Assembly (NCBI GenBank): GCA_030167865.1
Contig: JALAGF010005857.1
Coordinates: 62,001-126,000, forward strand
Length of the DNA: 64,000 nt
Direction: 5' to 3'
Origin: Craspedostauros australis
Lineage: Eukaryota
Position 1 is the stretch's first letter. Every line of letters starts with the position of its first letter. This document shows positions 29,493 through 42,034 of this stretch, one piece after another. The notes under the pieces are model-generated. The model had not been told where the DNA came from and searched no databases. It was given only the letters and a program-made list of their open reading frames with translations. The position numbers and the translations under genes were made by a program.

Positions 29493-31700
29493 TCATCTCT
29501 CCAGCGCAATGCGGATGGAGGATTGGTCCTCTCGCAGCAACGAGTACACGATGGACAAGGAGGGTTCATCCGGAAAGGGACTCGCGAATCCGCCGCTGCT
29601 CGCGCTGCGATGCTTGGTGGCTTCGGCTGTGGCCTGCAGGAACGGCACGAGACCGGACTCCGGATCGGCCTGCTGGATGCCTTCGGGATGAAGCGAGACG
29701 AATTTGCGAATGATCTCCAGAGTCTCGTACACGGGATGTTCGATGCACGATCTGCCGCCGACGCACGATGCTTCGACGAGCGAGGGGATGACGTAATGCA
29801 TGGGTACCCGCCGCGTGTTGTCACGATGGCTGGCGCGCGGCTTGGGCGTTGTGGACATGGCCAGCTTGAGCACCGAGATGGTTTCCTTGGTGAGGAGGCG
29901 CGCGCTTGCCGAGGTGCTGGTCGCATCCTCACCTGGGAAATCCCAGTGGTGGCAGGTCCTGTCGGCGGCATGGTGCAACGGCAGCTTGCCGTTCGAATCC
30001 GGGTGTGACATTTCGTGCGGGAACAACGCGACGGCGATTCTGGCGATGGGCGGTGGACAGCATGGCGTGGCGAATGCCATCTTGACGACGGAGAACTGCT
30101 CGTTGGCGTGGTCGGGCGTGACAAGCCACGCCGCTCTCAGCAAGGCAACGACCTTCGTCCAAAACAGACTCGCCACTGCCTCCAACCTCGTCCATTCGAT
30201 GAACTGACCTTCCTCCTCCTCGTTGTTGTCATTGTTGTCTCCCTGATGAACCTCGTGCCGTTCGCGGACGTGCTGCAGCAGCGCAATGGCCCGCTCCGCC
30301 CAGTGTATCGAATCGGATACACCGAGCACCTCCTCTGGGATATGTCGCATGCGGAGAAAGTCAACGGAAGGATCCAACCTCCGGATCAGCTGGAGATCGG
30401 CCTCGAAGTCTCCCTGGTGCAACGAAGTGAAGGACGTGTAGGGATGCTGTGTGGACTGCTGTGCTTGTTGTTGTGCTTGTTGTTGCTGCGCGTGCACCTC
30501 CAACCGCATGACCTCCGTCGCGCCTCTGCCACCTTCCAGAGCCAGGAGATTGCTGACGAATCGGATCCAGAGCCAGTGCATGGGCGTCAACCCGGAGGCA
30601 TCCCTCCTCGTCATGGCCTCGGGAGCTGCCTCCGCCAGCAAGGCGACGGACCTGGGCGGTTCTCCTCGCATGGTGCAAAAGTGCAACGGCAGCTCCTCCT
30701 GCGTGTTGGCGAGCAGCGTGGACTTGTAGTCCGATGGACACCTGGCCTCGGCGGTGAGCAGGAGCTCCAAGGTCTCCGGACATCTGCCATGAAAGACGGC
30801 CGAATGCAACGCCGTGTACTGGCCTCGGTAGCCGCGAAAGACGCAGCTGGCCGCCTGCGGGTAATGGCGGAGCATGCAGCGCAGCATCTCGTGTATGTTG
30901 CGTTCGATTCTGGCGATGGTCTCGTCTTCGGACTGCAGGAGGGGCGCGTAGACGTTGGCCTTCAACGCCATGACGATGGGCGGTTCCTCGTACTCGCCGC
31001 GATCCGGCACGACCACGGCCTCCGCGCAGCTCTTGACGAGCATCTCGAGGATCTCCATGAGGCCGTTGCCCACGTCCTGCCCCATGACGTGCGATTGGAA
31101 CCGCCTTCGGATGAGCAGATGCAGCGGCACGTAGCCATCCACGTCCTGCATGACGGCCGCCCTTGGCGAGGACGTGCCCAGGGCCTCATCCGCGTCCAGG
31201 AGCAAACGGATGAGGTCGGGGCCAACCTCTTCGCACACGATGGCCTCGTGCAGGGGCGTTCCTCTGGAGTCCAGCAGATGCCGGAGCTTGGCAGGACACA
31301 GGCGCAACGCAGTCTCGATGCAGTCGTAGGGAGCTCCGAGACGACATGCCAACGCCAGCGGGGATGGATTATGTGACGATCGCACTTGTTCCGGGTGCTG
31401 CCTCATGTACTCCTCCGCCTCTTCCCATCTGCGCCCCTCCATCAGGCAATTCACAACCGGCTTGTCCGCAGCAGAAGCTGCAACAGAAGATCCTGACGAA
31501 GATCCTGGTGGGGCTTGTGGATTGGCCGCCTGTTTGGAAGCGGAAGCTGGAATCGAAGTGGAACTCCCAGCCTCCATCGTTCGTCTTCGCTTCTTTCCCC
31601 TTGCTTGTTGCTGTTGTTGCTGCTGTTGCTGCTGTGGCTGTTGACGATGCTGCTGTTGTTGCGTCGTTGGCGACTTCATTGTCTCCTGCGAATGGTCCAT
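29493..31700 (-). CDS. Ankyrin-like repeat protein (diatom 'LPLH' family)
   Basis: Repeated TPLHEA, VPLHLL, TALHSA, LPLHFC, TPMHWL, LPLHHA and a terminal GLVPFLQA…SIVYSLLRE. Poly-Q N-terminus with NLS-like KKRRR. Confidence 0.75.
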   Translation of the reverse strand: MDHSQETMKSPTTQQQQHRQQPQQQQQQQQQQARGKKRRRTMEAGSSTSIPASASKQAANPQAPPGSSSGSSVAASAADKPVVNCLMEGRRWEEAEEYMRQHPEQVRSSHNPSPLALACRLGAPYDCIETALRLCPAKLRHLLDSRGTPLHEAIVCEEVGPDLIRLLLDADEALGTSSPRAAVMQDVDGYVPLHLLIRRRFQSHVMGQDVGNGLMEILEMLVKSCAEAVVVPDRGEYEEPPIVMALKANVYAPLLQSEDETIARIERNIHEMLRCMLRHYPQAASCVFRGYRGQYTALHSAVFHGRCPETLELLLTAEARCPSDYKSTLLANTQEELPLHFCTMRGEPPRSVALLAEAAPEAMTRRDASGLTPMHWLWIRFVSNLLALEGGRGATEVMRLEVHAQQQQAQQQAQQSTQHPYTSFTSLHQGDFEADLQLIRRLDPSVDFLRMRHIPEEVLGVSDSIHWAERAIALLQHVRERHEVHQGDNNDNNEEEEGQFIEWTRLEAVASLFWTKVVALLRAAWLVTPDHANEQFSVVKMAFATPCCPPPIARIAVALFPHEMSHPDSNGKLPLHHAADRTCHHWDFPGEDATSTSASARLLTKETISVLKLAMSTTPKPRASHRDNTRRVPMHYVIPSLVEASCVGGRSCIEHPVYETLEIIRKFVSLHPEGIQQADPESGLVPFLQATAEATKHRSASSGGFASPFPDEPSLSIVYSLLREDQSSIRIALER

Positions 31701-31764
31701 GGTTCGCACTTCACGACTTGTGGATCGCAGTTTGGAGGACGGAGGATTATGGGATGCTCAGCTT

Positions 31765-31910
31765 GATGCAACTTGTGATGCAACTTGTGATGCAACTTGT
31801 GATGCAACTTGTGCTCCACTTTGCTGGTTGTGCTTCAATGCACTTCACTGCACCTCACTGCCCCTCACTGCACCTCAATGCACTTGAATGCACTTGAATG
31901 CACTTGAATG
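31765..31910. repeat. Tandem repeats (GATGCAACTTGT)x4 and (AATGCACTTG)x3
   Basis: 12-mer at 31765-31812 and 10-mer at 31877-31910, in the 5' leader of the ankyrin-like gene. Confidence 0.85.
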
Positions 31911-33681
31911 GAGTGTGCTCAACTTCGCTCTGATTGTTCTGCTCGCTCTTGCGTTGCAACGACGTGGACCCTACTGCCTCCTTCGTCACTGACGATGCCG
32001 TTCATGGATAGCACTTAACGATTGTGCCAGTCCGACGATGGTGATCGTGTGATGATTGTCATGCAACGTGGATGCAAACGCAAACGCAGACACAAACACA
32101 GATGCCAACCGAAGGGAGGAAAGATCAATTGAAGCGCGGAAGAGATGAAAGGGAGAGGCAACCACCACGCACACGAGGACGGTTTGGTTGATCGCGCAGG
32201 GGACGTCCTCTCTTCTTGGCGCGCAAAAAGCTCCATTCCGTCTTGGTGTCTCTTCGCCTTTCCACAGTTTTCCTGTACGAGTGTGTGTGTGGACTTGTGG
32301 AGTTTTGCGCGAGGCAGTTCGGCCAACCACTCGTGCCGTTCTCCGTTGCCAAACCGTGATTCGCGCTCTGGTCTTGGATTGGCCCGAACATCGTTTCAAC
32401 ATGCGACACGAATGTGACACGGACAAAATACTCACGTCAGCAACGCACTATTTCCAGGATGTTCGTGCGGTTCTTGGTGTCACGCCGATGACGACCAACG
32501 TCATCCTTGTCATGGATGGCAGCGGTTGGCTGCGGATGTGGAAGAATCGGCACGTTTTCGTGGGCGTTTGCGATTCCACGTTTGGCACGTTTGGGTTTCT
32601 CAACGAACAACAATGACGACGGTGGCGACGGCGACGGCGATGATGGTGGTCATGTGACGTACTGCACCACACAAGGGTACTCTCCTCTGCTGTGCTCAAC
32701 ACCCCTTTCCAAACACTGTCAATACATCCTATTCTTCAATATTGCATTATAACACTGAATAGAATGGAACAGGTACCTATCTGCTCCGTCCGCAACAGAC
32801 GAGTCAAACTGAAAGAGGCAGATCTTTGACAGCAACCGATCTGTTCGTTTTGCACCATCCACAGCTCAACGTCGAGCTGAGTCTCAGCCACCAGAAAGCA
32901 CGATTCCACAGATAAGGGAGGAGCAAGAAGGTTGATTTCGTTTTGCGAGAAATACAAGCGCCTACATTGAGCATGGACTATTCATAATAGAATATAATAG
33001 AAGCTACGGAAATAGGTTAGAATCATGCAGAGTATTCAATATTTGCTGCGGTGGGATTAAACATCGTATAGTATTATACTATCACAGTTGAATGGCTTGT
33101 TCCAGTTTGTGGCAGCTCATGTTAGAAAGTACTGATTAAAAGCTGCGGTGAATTATGAATACGATTTCACATTCCCATTTAAGCTACGGTAGAAATAATA
33201 AAAACTTATGTAATTCAACTTTGAAGTCATTCGAGTTCTCTGGGATATCGTGTAATGGGTCATTTGCCGATATTGTAACAACTCAACCTCGGCGCAGTTC
33301 CTCTAGTTTGATTATGTACACGTAACCTGCCTGCAGCCACTCCGCTTCACTCCTCCCTTCCATGACGAGCGACAATACAAATGTGCACGCTGATCCGCTC
33401 TTCCAAACTCTACGATGATTCACTGGTAGTCTCTTTCCTACTTCTACTTACACACAAATACACAACAAAGAGGCCTGTCCCAAGCATAGCTTGAAGGTTG
33501 CATCTCCATTGCTCTTTGCATCTACCGTATGTCTGCTTTGTCTGTGTGATCCATCGTGTCCAGTTGTGATGTGCTCTCATGGAGTTGTGCTGCAAATTGG
33601 CTGTGCTGCATTGACCCAAACGTGCATGCATGCATGCGGACGTACGTACATATGTACCGAAGACTGCACTTCACTTGCACC

Positions 33682-35743
33682 CTAACGAGTTTCGATGACG
33701 CCCGCAGCAATGAGCTTGTTGATCTTCGCCCGGACACCGACGTCGAGCATGGCCTGCTGGGCGGCGTTTGGATTCTCGTTGAAATCTCTGAGCACCTGCT
33801 GGATGACAGGATCGGTGAGGATGTTTCGGATTTCTGGATCGTCCATGGCGCGCGCCGCCTGCCCCTTCTTTTGCTCCTCCGTCATGTTCTGTCTGCCGTA
33901 GTTGATCAATTGCGTGACCTTGCGGAGACCCTGCGAGCATGTGGTGTTGGTGTTATCCAGCTCCAGACCTTTCTTGTAGGATTCCAGGGCCTTGTGGTAC
34001 TCCTTCAGGACTGTCTCGATGTCACCCTTGCGCGCCCACGCCTTGACGTACTGTGGATCCAGCTCGATGGCCTTTTCGATTTCTCTCTTCGCTCCTGAGA
34101 AATCCATGATCTTGCACAGGGCAGCGCTGAGGTTGTTGCGGATGGGAGCGTTCTTGGGCGCGCGCTTGACGGCATCTTCGTACTCCTTGACGGCTTCGCC
34201 CCAGTCCTTGTTGCGGAAGTGTTCGTTTCCGCGCTGCTTCGCCTCTTCTGCCTTCTCATCGTCCTGGTAGGCCAGCGTGTCGGCCTTTCGCTTCTCCAGC
34301 TCGAGCGTCTTGAGCAAGCGCTGCGTGCCCTTGTCGTAGTACTCGAGCTGGGCGAGGTTGCAGTATTCGATGGCGTTGACGAGGTCCTTCTTCTTTTGGT
34401 ACGCCTTGGCGCAGCGGGCGAGGGCCTTCGCGCGGTCCTCGTACGGTGCCTGGTTCGCCTTGCCAATCTCGACGGCCTTGAGGCAGTGCTCGATGCACGT
34501 GTCCCACTCCTTTAGCGTGAAGTACACCGCCGACTTGTTGTTGACGAAGGTCATGTTGGTGGGGTCGATGGCGATCGCCTCATCGTACGCAGCGAGGGCC
34601 TCATCCATCTTCTTTGCTTTGTAAAGTGCGTTGCCTTCCATCTTCTTGGCGATTGCGGCCTTTTTCGTTTCCGCCTTCTTGCGCTCCTCCGGACTGAGGC
34701 CGCTGAGATCCTCCTCGACCTCCATCGGTTCGGGCGCCTTCTCCTCCTGCTGCTTCTTGGGGGGTGCTTCAGACGTGGACGTGGATGCGGGCGGTGTCGT
34801 TGTGGGTGGCGTTTCTTCTGCCGTGGCGCCGCCAGTTGCTCCCGGGGATTGTCCCATCATGATTCCGAGGAATTCCATCATCTTTGGATCGTTCATAATG
34901 GTTGGCATGAGGTTTGGGTTCTTCTGGAGCAGACTGATCTTGCCCATGATGTCTGGGTCATTGAGGTACGGGCGTAACTGCGGGTTCATTGCCATCTGCG
35001 CCATCATCTGCGGACCGAAGAGACCACCGCCTGCTCCTCCTGCCGCCGCTGTGCCTCCCGGATTCTCCTTCTCTCTCTGCACATCCTGCAGACCTTTCGT
35101 GAGACCAGCGTCTCCTGGGAACTTGGCCAGGCCGTCATTGTAGGCTGCGATGGAGTCGTTGAATCGCTTGAGGGAGTGCAGGGCGGCACCCTTGCGAGAG
35201 TATCCCTTGGCGAAGCCTGGGTTGAGGCCGATGCAGGCATTGGCATCCTCCAGGGCGTTGTTGGCATCTCCGCTCTTGAGGTAGGCAGCGGAGCGGTTGG
35301 AGTAGTAGACATGGTTGGAGCCATCCGCGTTGATGGCCTTCGTGTACTGCTCAATTGCCTCCGACACGTTGCCCGCCTGCAGCGCCTTGTTGCCCAGGGC
35401 TTTGAACTATTTTATGATACGAGCACACGGATAGAGAATGAGTTGAGTGTGCGACATATTGCATTGTATTGTATCATGTTGCAATGAAACGAGATGGATA
35501 GAGGGAGCGAAGAATGGAAGGCGGAAAGCAAGAGAGAATGAGTGAGCTGGTGCTGGCGTTGATGTTGTGGAATGCTCTCGGGAGCGCGACATGGCATGGC
35601 ACGAGCTGCGATCCACGAATCACCACAACAAGATCCAGCACAACGAGGAACTTGCTTCCACAGGACCATTCCAACACGAGTACTTGTTTGCTGCGATCAA
35701 AGGCTGCTGCAGACCAACTTACTTCGTCAGCTGTTGGAGACAT
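33682..35743 (-). CDS. STI1: Hsp70/Hsp90 organizing protein STI1/HOP; exons 35743..35723 and 35406..33682
   Basis: 21-nt first exon MSPTADE, intron GTAAGT…TAG, then FKALGNKAL. TPR1 (NHVYYSNRSAAY), DP1, TPR2A, TPR2B, DP2 (DPEIRNILTDPVIQQVL). Confidence 0.95.
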
Positions 35744-36681
35744 GGTGATGTTGATCTTGCTGTGGTTGACCTTGGTAGTATGGGTGTTGTCGGGAATCCA
35801 GTTCTGTGGGAACCCTCCTGCAATTCAATTGTGTTGGCAGTCAGAGATGAATGAAAGAGACAGCCTCTCTATTGTGTTGAAACCGTCGTCGTGTTGTTGT
35901 TGTTGCTGTCGCAGCTGTCGGCGTGGGCAGATGTAGCAGAACGCTTTGGCCTCTTCCTTTTCTTGGTGCCCGCTTCGCTCTTCGCTCCTTGGTGAGCTGC
36001 TTTCGTTGTGCACGACATGCCATGGGATCTTCGATTGCAATCTTTTTTCGTCGCTGTTCGCCTTGGTTGGTTTTTGTGCGAAGTGTTGGGCCACCTCATT
36101 CACGAGTGTTGAGACGTGTTTGGCGCATTGACGCATGTATGGACAGACGAGGGAATGATGCAAACTTCAAAGCGAGAAAACAATTTGTGACCCGCGGGAG
36201 TCAATCCGGTCATCTCTTCCTCATTTTCATCGCCTTGCAAAACAAGCCGTTGAGCTGTGCAATCTCCATCAGCCTTTGTGTGGAGGCAGATCGGAGAACC
36301 GTACGACTATTGTGGCGGAACGTCGTGGCATTGCCACCAACAAACCAATCCGCACATCCACTGATGCCTGGATTCATCCATCTGCAGTGGTATGGTACAC
36401 TTCCAAGGACGCGCGCCCATTGATCCAGCCATCTATGATACGATACTGTAGAGGCAGTTCCGTCCACTCATTCTCTGCCTATCACTGCGAGAGTCTCCCT
36501 GCCCTTGCTTCTGTTCCTGCCACAATCGGTGTGAACGAACGGTGGACATCACATCACGCAACTCGGACTTGAGTACTCTCTCTCTCTCCCTCCCCAGAGA
36601 CAGCTACGTGTGGTATCTTACCATACGACTACACCACGTGAACAAGAAAGAGATAGAAACAGCGACAGCGACATTTGCAAC

Positions 36682-38721
36682 ATGGAGAGCGAGAAGAAGG
36701 TGCAGGTGATCACGGCGGGAGGAGCCGGAAATCCAACGCCGCCTGCTGCTGGTGGCAGTGCCAGCTCCAGTGTCAGCTCCAATGGCAAACGCAACAGGAG
36801 AAAGCGCAACAGAAGGAACAAGAAGAAGGGGGCTGATCAGCAGCCGAAAGGAAAGCAAAATCAGCAGCAGCAGCAGAAAGACCAGGAAAAGAAGCAACAG
36901 CCACCGACAACGCCTGCATCAGGAGGCAATGGAAAGGAGACGGAGAATGACCTCCTGGCCTTCGCGCAACCTGCAGCTGCGATTGCGGCTGCCGACAGCT
37001 CAGCGACCGATGCCATGGAGAACGGAACGAGCGGAGGAGTCCAGCAGAATGAGCAGGCCCAATCTCGTGATGCCATGATGTCGGCACTCGAACTGGAAGA
37101 GAGCGAGTCGAATGATGTCCCCGCTGGCATGACCCCATTGATCAGCCCGCAGCCTCGCATGGAGAGCGAGGGCAACATCAAAGACATCGCCAACAGATCG
37201 AATGCCGAAAATGATTCCATCTTCGCGAAGAAGGATGATGACGACGACGACGAGGGCCGCGTCCTTCTGTCATCACAGTCGGTGGTGGAAGATGAGCCCC
37301 TGTCCAAATCAAACGACGTATTTTGGCTCTTCTTCTGCTTTCTGGGCATCATGGCATCCTTCGTGTGCTACGGACTGCTCCTGGAGTACACAACCTCCGG
37401 CGGCCGCAAACTGCATGAGCTCAGCTTCCTCTTCGTCACATCGTCCTTGTACACGGTCACCGCAGCCTTCGGTCGATACGTGCGTGCAGAGACGCCCACC
37501 ACCATCCCGCCTGCGCGTTTTGCCGTACTTGGAATCACCAGCATGGGCAGCACCTTCTGTTCGGTGCGATCATTGAGGTAGGTTCGCAACGGAGCCGTCA
37601 TTGTCGTTCGTCATATGTCCCTGGCTTCCTTTCTCGTCCGCCTTTTTAATGCATGTGCGTATCCACCATACCGGCGCCGACATGAATGCAAGTCGCATCA
37701 GTGCACTCGCAATCACCTGGATCACTTCATGAACGCACTTGCGTACGGCAAATCTTGCATCCATGTCGTCAGACTCTGCCATAATCCAAAACAACCCCTC
37801 ACACCTTGGTTTCCGCAACCGCCATTTGCTTTACTGCCATCCCATCCAAACCTGTCTCGCATCCTCCCGCATCAACAACACGCACACGCACACAGATACG
37901 TCATCTACCCCATCCAGGTGCTCGCCAAGAGCTGCAAACCAGTCCCCGTCATGATCTTCGGAGCCCTCATGGGCAAGCGTTATCCCCTCCGCAAATACTT
38001 CAATGTCTGCCTCATCGTCATGGGAGTTGCGCTCTTCATGGGCGGTGGCAAGGAGAAGAAGGCCACACAACCAACAGACAGCGAGACTGATAGCTCATCG
38101 CAGATGTTCGGTATCGTGCTTCTCTTCATCTCCCTCTGCTTCGACGGCGGCACGGGGGCCTACGAGGACAAGCTCATGAGCGTCCACTCCGTCCAGCCCT
38201 TCGACCTCATGTACAATATCCAGCTGGGCAAGACCATCCTGGCTGGAATCTCGCTGGTCATCCTCAACCAAGTCCACATCTTCTTGCAGATGTGCCAGGA
38301 CATGGGATTCCTACTGGTCGCGCTGGGTATCAGCGGGGCCATGGGACAGGTCTTCATCTTCGTCACCATCGCCAAATTCGGCGCGCTCACCTGCAGCATC
38401 ATCGGCCTGGCAAGGAAGGTCACCACGCTCGTGGCCTCCATCTACTTTTACGGACACTCCTTGAACGGCATTCAATTCACCGGACTCGCTGTCGCCGTCG
38501 GTTCCATGATCATGAACTTCATGGGCAAGAGCAAGAAGGGCGACGGCCATGGTGGTGGACACGGCGCGGGATCGAATTCATCGTCGCAGCCAACGATCCT
38601 GCCGGAATTGGACGAGGAGATGAAACGTCTGGTGAACCGTCCGGAGGGTTCATGGGGCGGTGAACACTTCGAAGACGGCGACGTCGAACTTCAGCAACAG
38701 TCGTCCCAAACATCCAAATAG
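36682..38721 (+). CDS. UAA-family nucleotide-sugar/PAPS transporter (SLC35B/HUT1-like); join(36682..37577,37896..38721)
   Basis: SLR|YVIYPIQVLAKSCKPVPVM, FDGGTGAYED, GQVFIFVTIAKFGALTCSIIGLARK, multiple TM segments. GT-AG intron 37578..37895. Confidence 0.9.
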
Positions 38722-38983
38722 AACAACATGCGGCAGCAGGCCAATAATACGTAGGTACTAGCAATTTAAAGCAATTTAATCTTACTGTACACACTAGGAG
38801 TACTTTGCGAGTACTCTTACTCGTACCATACACACTGATACTAGTACAAAGGCTACTCTACAATAGTATGCTAGTATACTCTCCATCAACATTGCGTTTG
38901 CATCTCCGTCATTGTCTATCGTGCTTGTACCATCCACGTACAATACGAGTTGGTACGGGTAGATAAGAGCACGAGTATGATAC

Positions 38984-41900
38984 CTATTGCCTTCCCTGCG
39001 TCTTCCTGTGTCGTTGGCAGGCGCTGACGAAGGCCCGAACCGACAAGTTAAAATCTTCACGTGGCAACCCACTGTTCATCGCACCCAAGAATTCATCCCG
39101 GAATTGATCCGGTACCGCAGCCTGCGATGGTGATGATGCGGGGGCACTTCTCTGGGCCAATGCATGTTGCAGCCATTGTAGCGATTGCGTGGGCAACAGC
39201 AGATTGAGCTTCCAAAGGACCCCGGAGATCGAACCATGGCCGCGCTCCAGGCTGTACGCTGGAATATCGCCAACCAAGGCCATGGACATGCTCTGCACGA
39301 TCGAGGGACCTTGGCTCATCAGCACCTGGTGCATGGCAGCCTCGCACTGTGGCTTGGACTGGCCTCGCAGCGATAGCGCATACGTGACGACGTTTTCCAC
39401 AAAATTCAAAGTCCCCCGATTGGCATCCTGATGATCCAGCTTCATCCCCTCCGTGGCGCATTGCAGCAGCTGCGGCAGCAACGGGCTCATCACCAACGGA
39501 TCGGGACAGTACGACATCAACCGCCCCATCATGTAAAACAGCTCCTCCACGATATCCGGGTGGTTGATGAGATCGGACTGCGATTTCAGAAAGGAGAATG
39601 TGGTGGTGGATAGATGGCACGTCATGTCGAACAGCCGCTGGGTGTACGCCGTCATGCGACCGTATTCCGCGATGCAGACACTGGCGAGGTACAGGTATGG
39701 CGATTGGTGACCGGCGCCGTAGCTCTTGCTGATTTGCTGCAGCAGCGCATCCAGCATGGGCACATAATTCAAAGAACCGCATGCCCGGATGGCATGCTTG
39801 TGCAACCGACAGATCTTTTCCGCCAGGTTGATGTCGGCGTGGAATCGGACCGATACCTTCTCCAGCACCGTCCAGGTCGATTGCATGATTTCCAGGATAG
39901 GATTGGTGAATGCGACCGCGCCAGTACTGCCAGCAACGGAGGCGGGTGGTGGCACCACCTTGAGATGCATGACGATTGCCGTCAGCCGGTCTATCTGCAC
40001 GATCACATCACGAGGGGCAGTGCGCTGATCCACCACCATGGCCTCCATGCTGCTTTGGATCGGCTGGACAATCTGGTGCACGTGAGATTTCACCACATCC
40101 ATGCTGCTTTCGTACTTGGCTTCACGTGAAATCGCAACGCAGACTCCTTCCAGAAGCTCCAACTCGTCCTTCGGTTCCAAGCGGTTGCCACCACTACTGC
40201 TGCTGGATGACGCTGTGACGAATTGCTGGTACAAAGCCAGTACCGGTTGTGCCAGGCGAATGTGTTCGTTGGAACATCGACACAGCTCCTTTATTGCGGT
40301 TGCTGCGGCCGAGGCGCACTTGGCCATGGAGAGGGCTTGTGCCAGGTACGGCAACAGCGGCTGCAGCATGATAGGGTTCGCAGCAAGCCATGAGGCGTAC
40401 TTGCCAATCATCTTGCTGCAGGTGTATCGCAGGGGTTCGATGTTCATCGGGAGCTTGGAAACGAGATCGAAGCAGTGCGGCAGCACCTGCTTTTCATCGC
40501 TGGGCACGAATCGGTTGAGGCAGATGATACAGGAAAGGCATGATTCCACCGCAAACCATCCTTCGTCAGCGCTGAGCGTCAAGGCCTCCTGGCAGCTCTT
40601 GGTGAGAGATTGGCCGATGCGATGCAAGACCACATCGCCACCCAGCAGCCGGCAGCAATCATCGAGCGTTTCGGACACGTAAAATCGATCGCGCTGAATG
40701 TCCTCGTACTCGTCATCGGTCAAGGTGATGATGTCTTCCGGGTACCTCATCAAGCTCTGCGCGCAAATATCGATCAATCGAAGCAGATGCGGCGTGTACC
40801 GGTCCACCAGATCCTGCCTGTACTCGTACGGCTCGAGCCCCTCCAGGTCGATGACCATGCGGTACCAGAAATGGAGCGTCATCTGCGCGATCTCCTTGAC
40901 TTTGATTTGCGAGCACTGCGTAACCCACTCTACGAGCTGCGCCGCATCCTCCCGGTGGGAGACGATGAGGGTCATGTAGGATTCTCCCATCTCGACGATG
41001 ACTCTGCAGTAGGCCCGCAGGATGTCCTCGTCGTCCGATCTCAATGCCGTGTCGAACGGCAGCTGCGACAGCAACGGGATCATGCGCTGGATGAGATCCT
41101 GGTTGGAGCTGTGATGGCTGGGGTACATGCGAAGGATCTCCACGACGACGTCCGCCGAAACCTCCAGCAAGTCCGCTTGCTTCAACCCATGGATGGCCAT
41201 CTCCAGCAGCGGCGTGTGGAGTATGACGCGCGCATCCAGGGGCACGAAGCGCACCCACACGTGGAATATCTTGAAAACGTTGGCGACGGTGTCCGTTTGC
41301 GATTGTCCAGGCACCGTCGACAGTTGGTGCAGGAACTGCAGGACGTTGGGCGCTGTGGCCACGAAGTGATCCCTCATGCTGTAGCGCACGTTCTCATCCG
41401 CCAGGATCAAGCGATCCGACGCGCATTCCTCGGGAAGGACTTTGAGCAGCAGCGACACCACCTTCGTCTTGGATGGATCGGTGATCACGGTCTTGCACAG
41501 ATCGTCGACGACCGTCATCCACGACATCTGCACCGCCAACGCAGCAATGCACATGGCGATGCGATTCGTGAGCGGGTCGTACCCACCGTTGGCCGTCGCG
41601 GCGCAGCGCGTGAGATGATGGAAGAGCGAATCACGCAGCGACTGCCGCGCATCCGGGGGAAGCTGGTGCGCATCGGCCTTGCACTTGGTGTGCAGGGTCT
41701 GCGCCGCAAAGAACCGACGGCTCTGATTGAGGCTGGCTAGCACATGCTGCTGCTGGCTGGCATTGTTAAAGAGCAGCGCGGCAGGCGGTTCCTCCGACAG
41801 CAGACGATCGCAGACCATCCAGGACACCGTGGAGGCCTGGAAGTTGGTCAGGTACTTGTCCGCCAGGTGGCGTTGCTTGACCCACAGCAGCTCCGCGGGC

Positions 41901-42034
41901 AGGTGAGACGTTGCGGCTGGCGATGCGGCCACCGCGGGTGGTGCAAACACAGTTAACAGCGCTAGTTCGATGCGTTGCAGTTCCTCATTCGCGTCAGTGC
42001 AGTTGGGTGGCGGAACGCCCGCTGTTGTCGCCAT
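38984..42034 (-). CDS. Transportin-SR / Mtr10 / TNPO3-type importin-beta
   Basis: ADKYLTNFQAS…SW, FFAAQTLHTK, LLKVLPEE, EMGESY, TLHFWY, IGKYASWL, HPDIVEELF. 1016 aa HEAT-repeat protein. Confidence 0.85.
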   Translation of the reverse strand: MATTAGVPPPNCTDANEELQRIELALLTVFAPPAVAASPAATSHLPAELLWVKQRHLADKYLTNFQASTVSWMVCDRLLSEEPPAALLFNNASQQQHVLASLNQSRRFFAAQTLHTKCKADAHQLPPDARQSLRDSLFHHLTRCAATANGGYDPLTNRIAMCIAALAVQMSWMTVVDDLCKTVITDPSKTKVVSLLLKVLPEECASDRLILADENVRYSMRDHFVATAPNVLQFLHQLSTVPGQSQTDTVANVFKIFHVWVRFVPLDARVILHTPLLEMAIHGLKQADLLEVSADVVVEILRMYPSHHSSNQDLIQRMIPLLSQLPFDTALRSDDEDILRAYCRVIVEMGESYMTLIVSHREDAAQLVEWVTQCSQIKVKEIAQMTLHFWYRMVIDLEGLEPYEYRQDLVDRYTPHLLRLIDICAQSLMRYPEDIITLTDDEYEDIQRDRFYVSETLDDCCRLLGGDVVLHRIGQSLTKSCQEALTLSADEGWFAVESCLSCIICLNRFVPSDEKQVLPHCFDLVSKLPMNIEPLRYTCSKMIGKYASWLAANPIMLQPLLPYLAQALSMAKCASAAATAIKELCRCSNEHIRLAQPVLALYQQFVTASSSSSSGGNRLEPKDELELLEGVCVAISREAKYESSMDVVKSHVHQIVQPIQSSMEAMVVDQRTAPRDVIVQIDRLTAIVMHLKVVPPPASVAGSTGAVAFTNPILEIMQSTWTVLEKVSVRFHADINLAEKICRLHKHAIRACGSLNYVPMLDALLQQISKSYGAGHQSPYLYLASVCIAEYGRMTAYTQRLFDMTCHLSTTTFSFLKSQSDLINHPDIVEELFYMMGRLMSYCPDPLVMSPLLPQLLQCATEGMKLDHQDANRGTLNFVENVVTYALSLRGQSKPQCEAAMHQVLMSQGPSIVQSMSMALVGDIPAYSLERGHGSISGVLWKLNLLLPTQSLQWLQHALAQRSAPASSPSQAAVPDQFRDEFLGAMNSGLPREDFNLSVRAFVSACQRHRKTQGRQ

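Noticed and set aside
31765..33240. CRISPR-like array
   Set aside because: Repeats are contiguous tandem units or short degenerate motifs without unique spacers; eukaryotic context and no cas genes.
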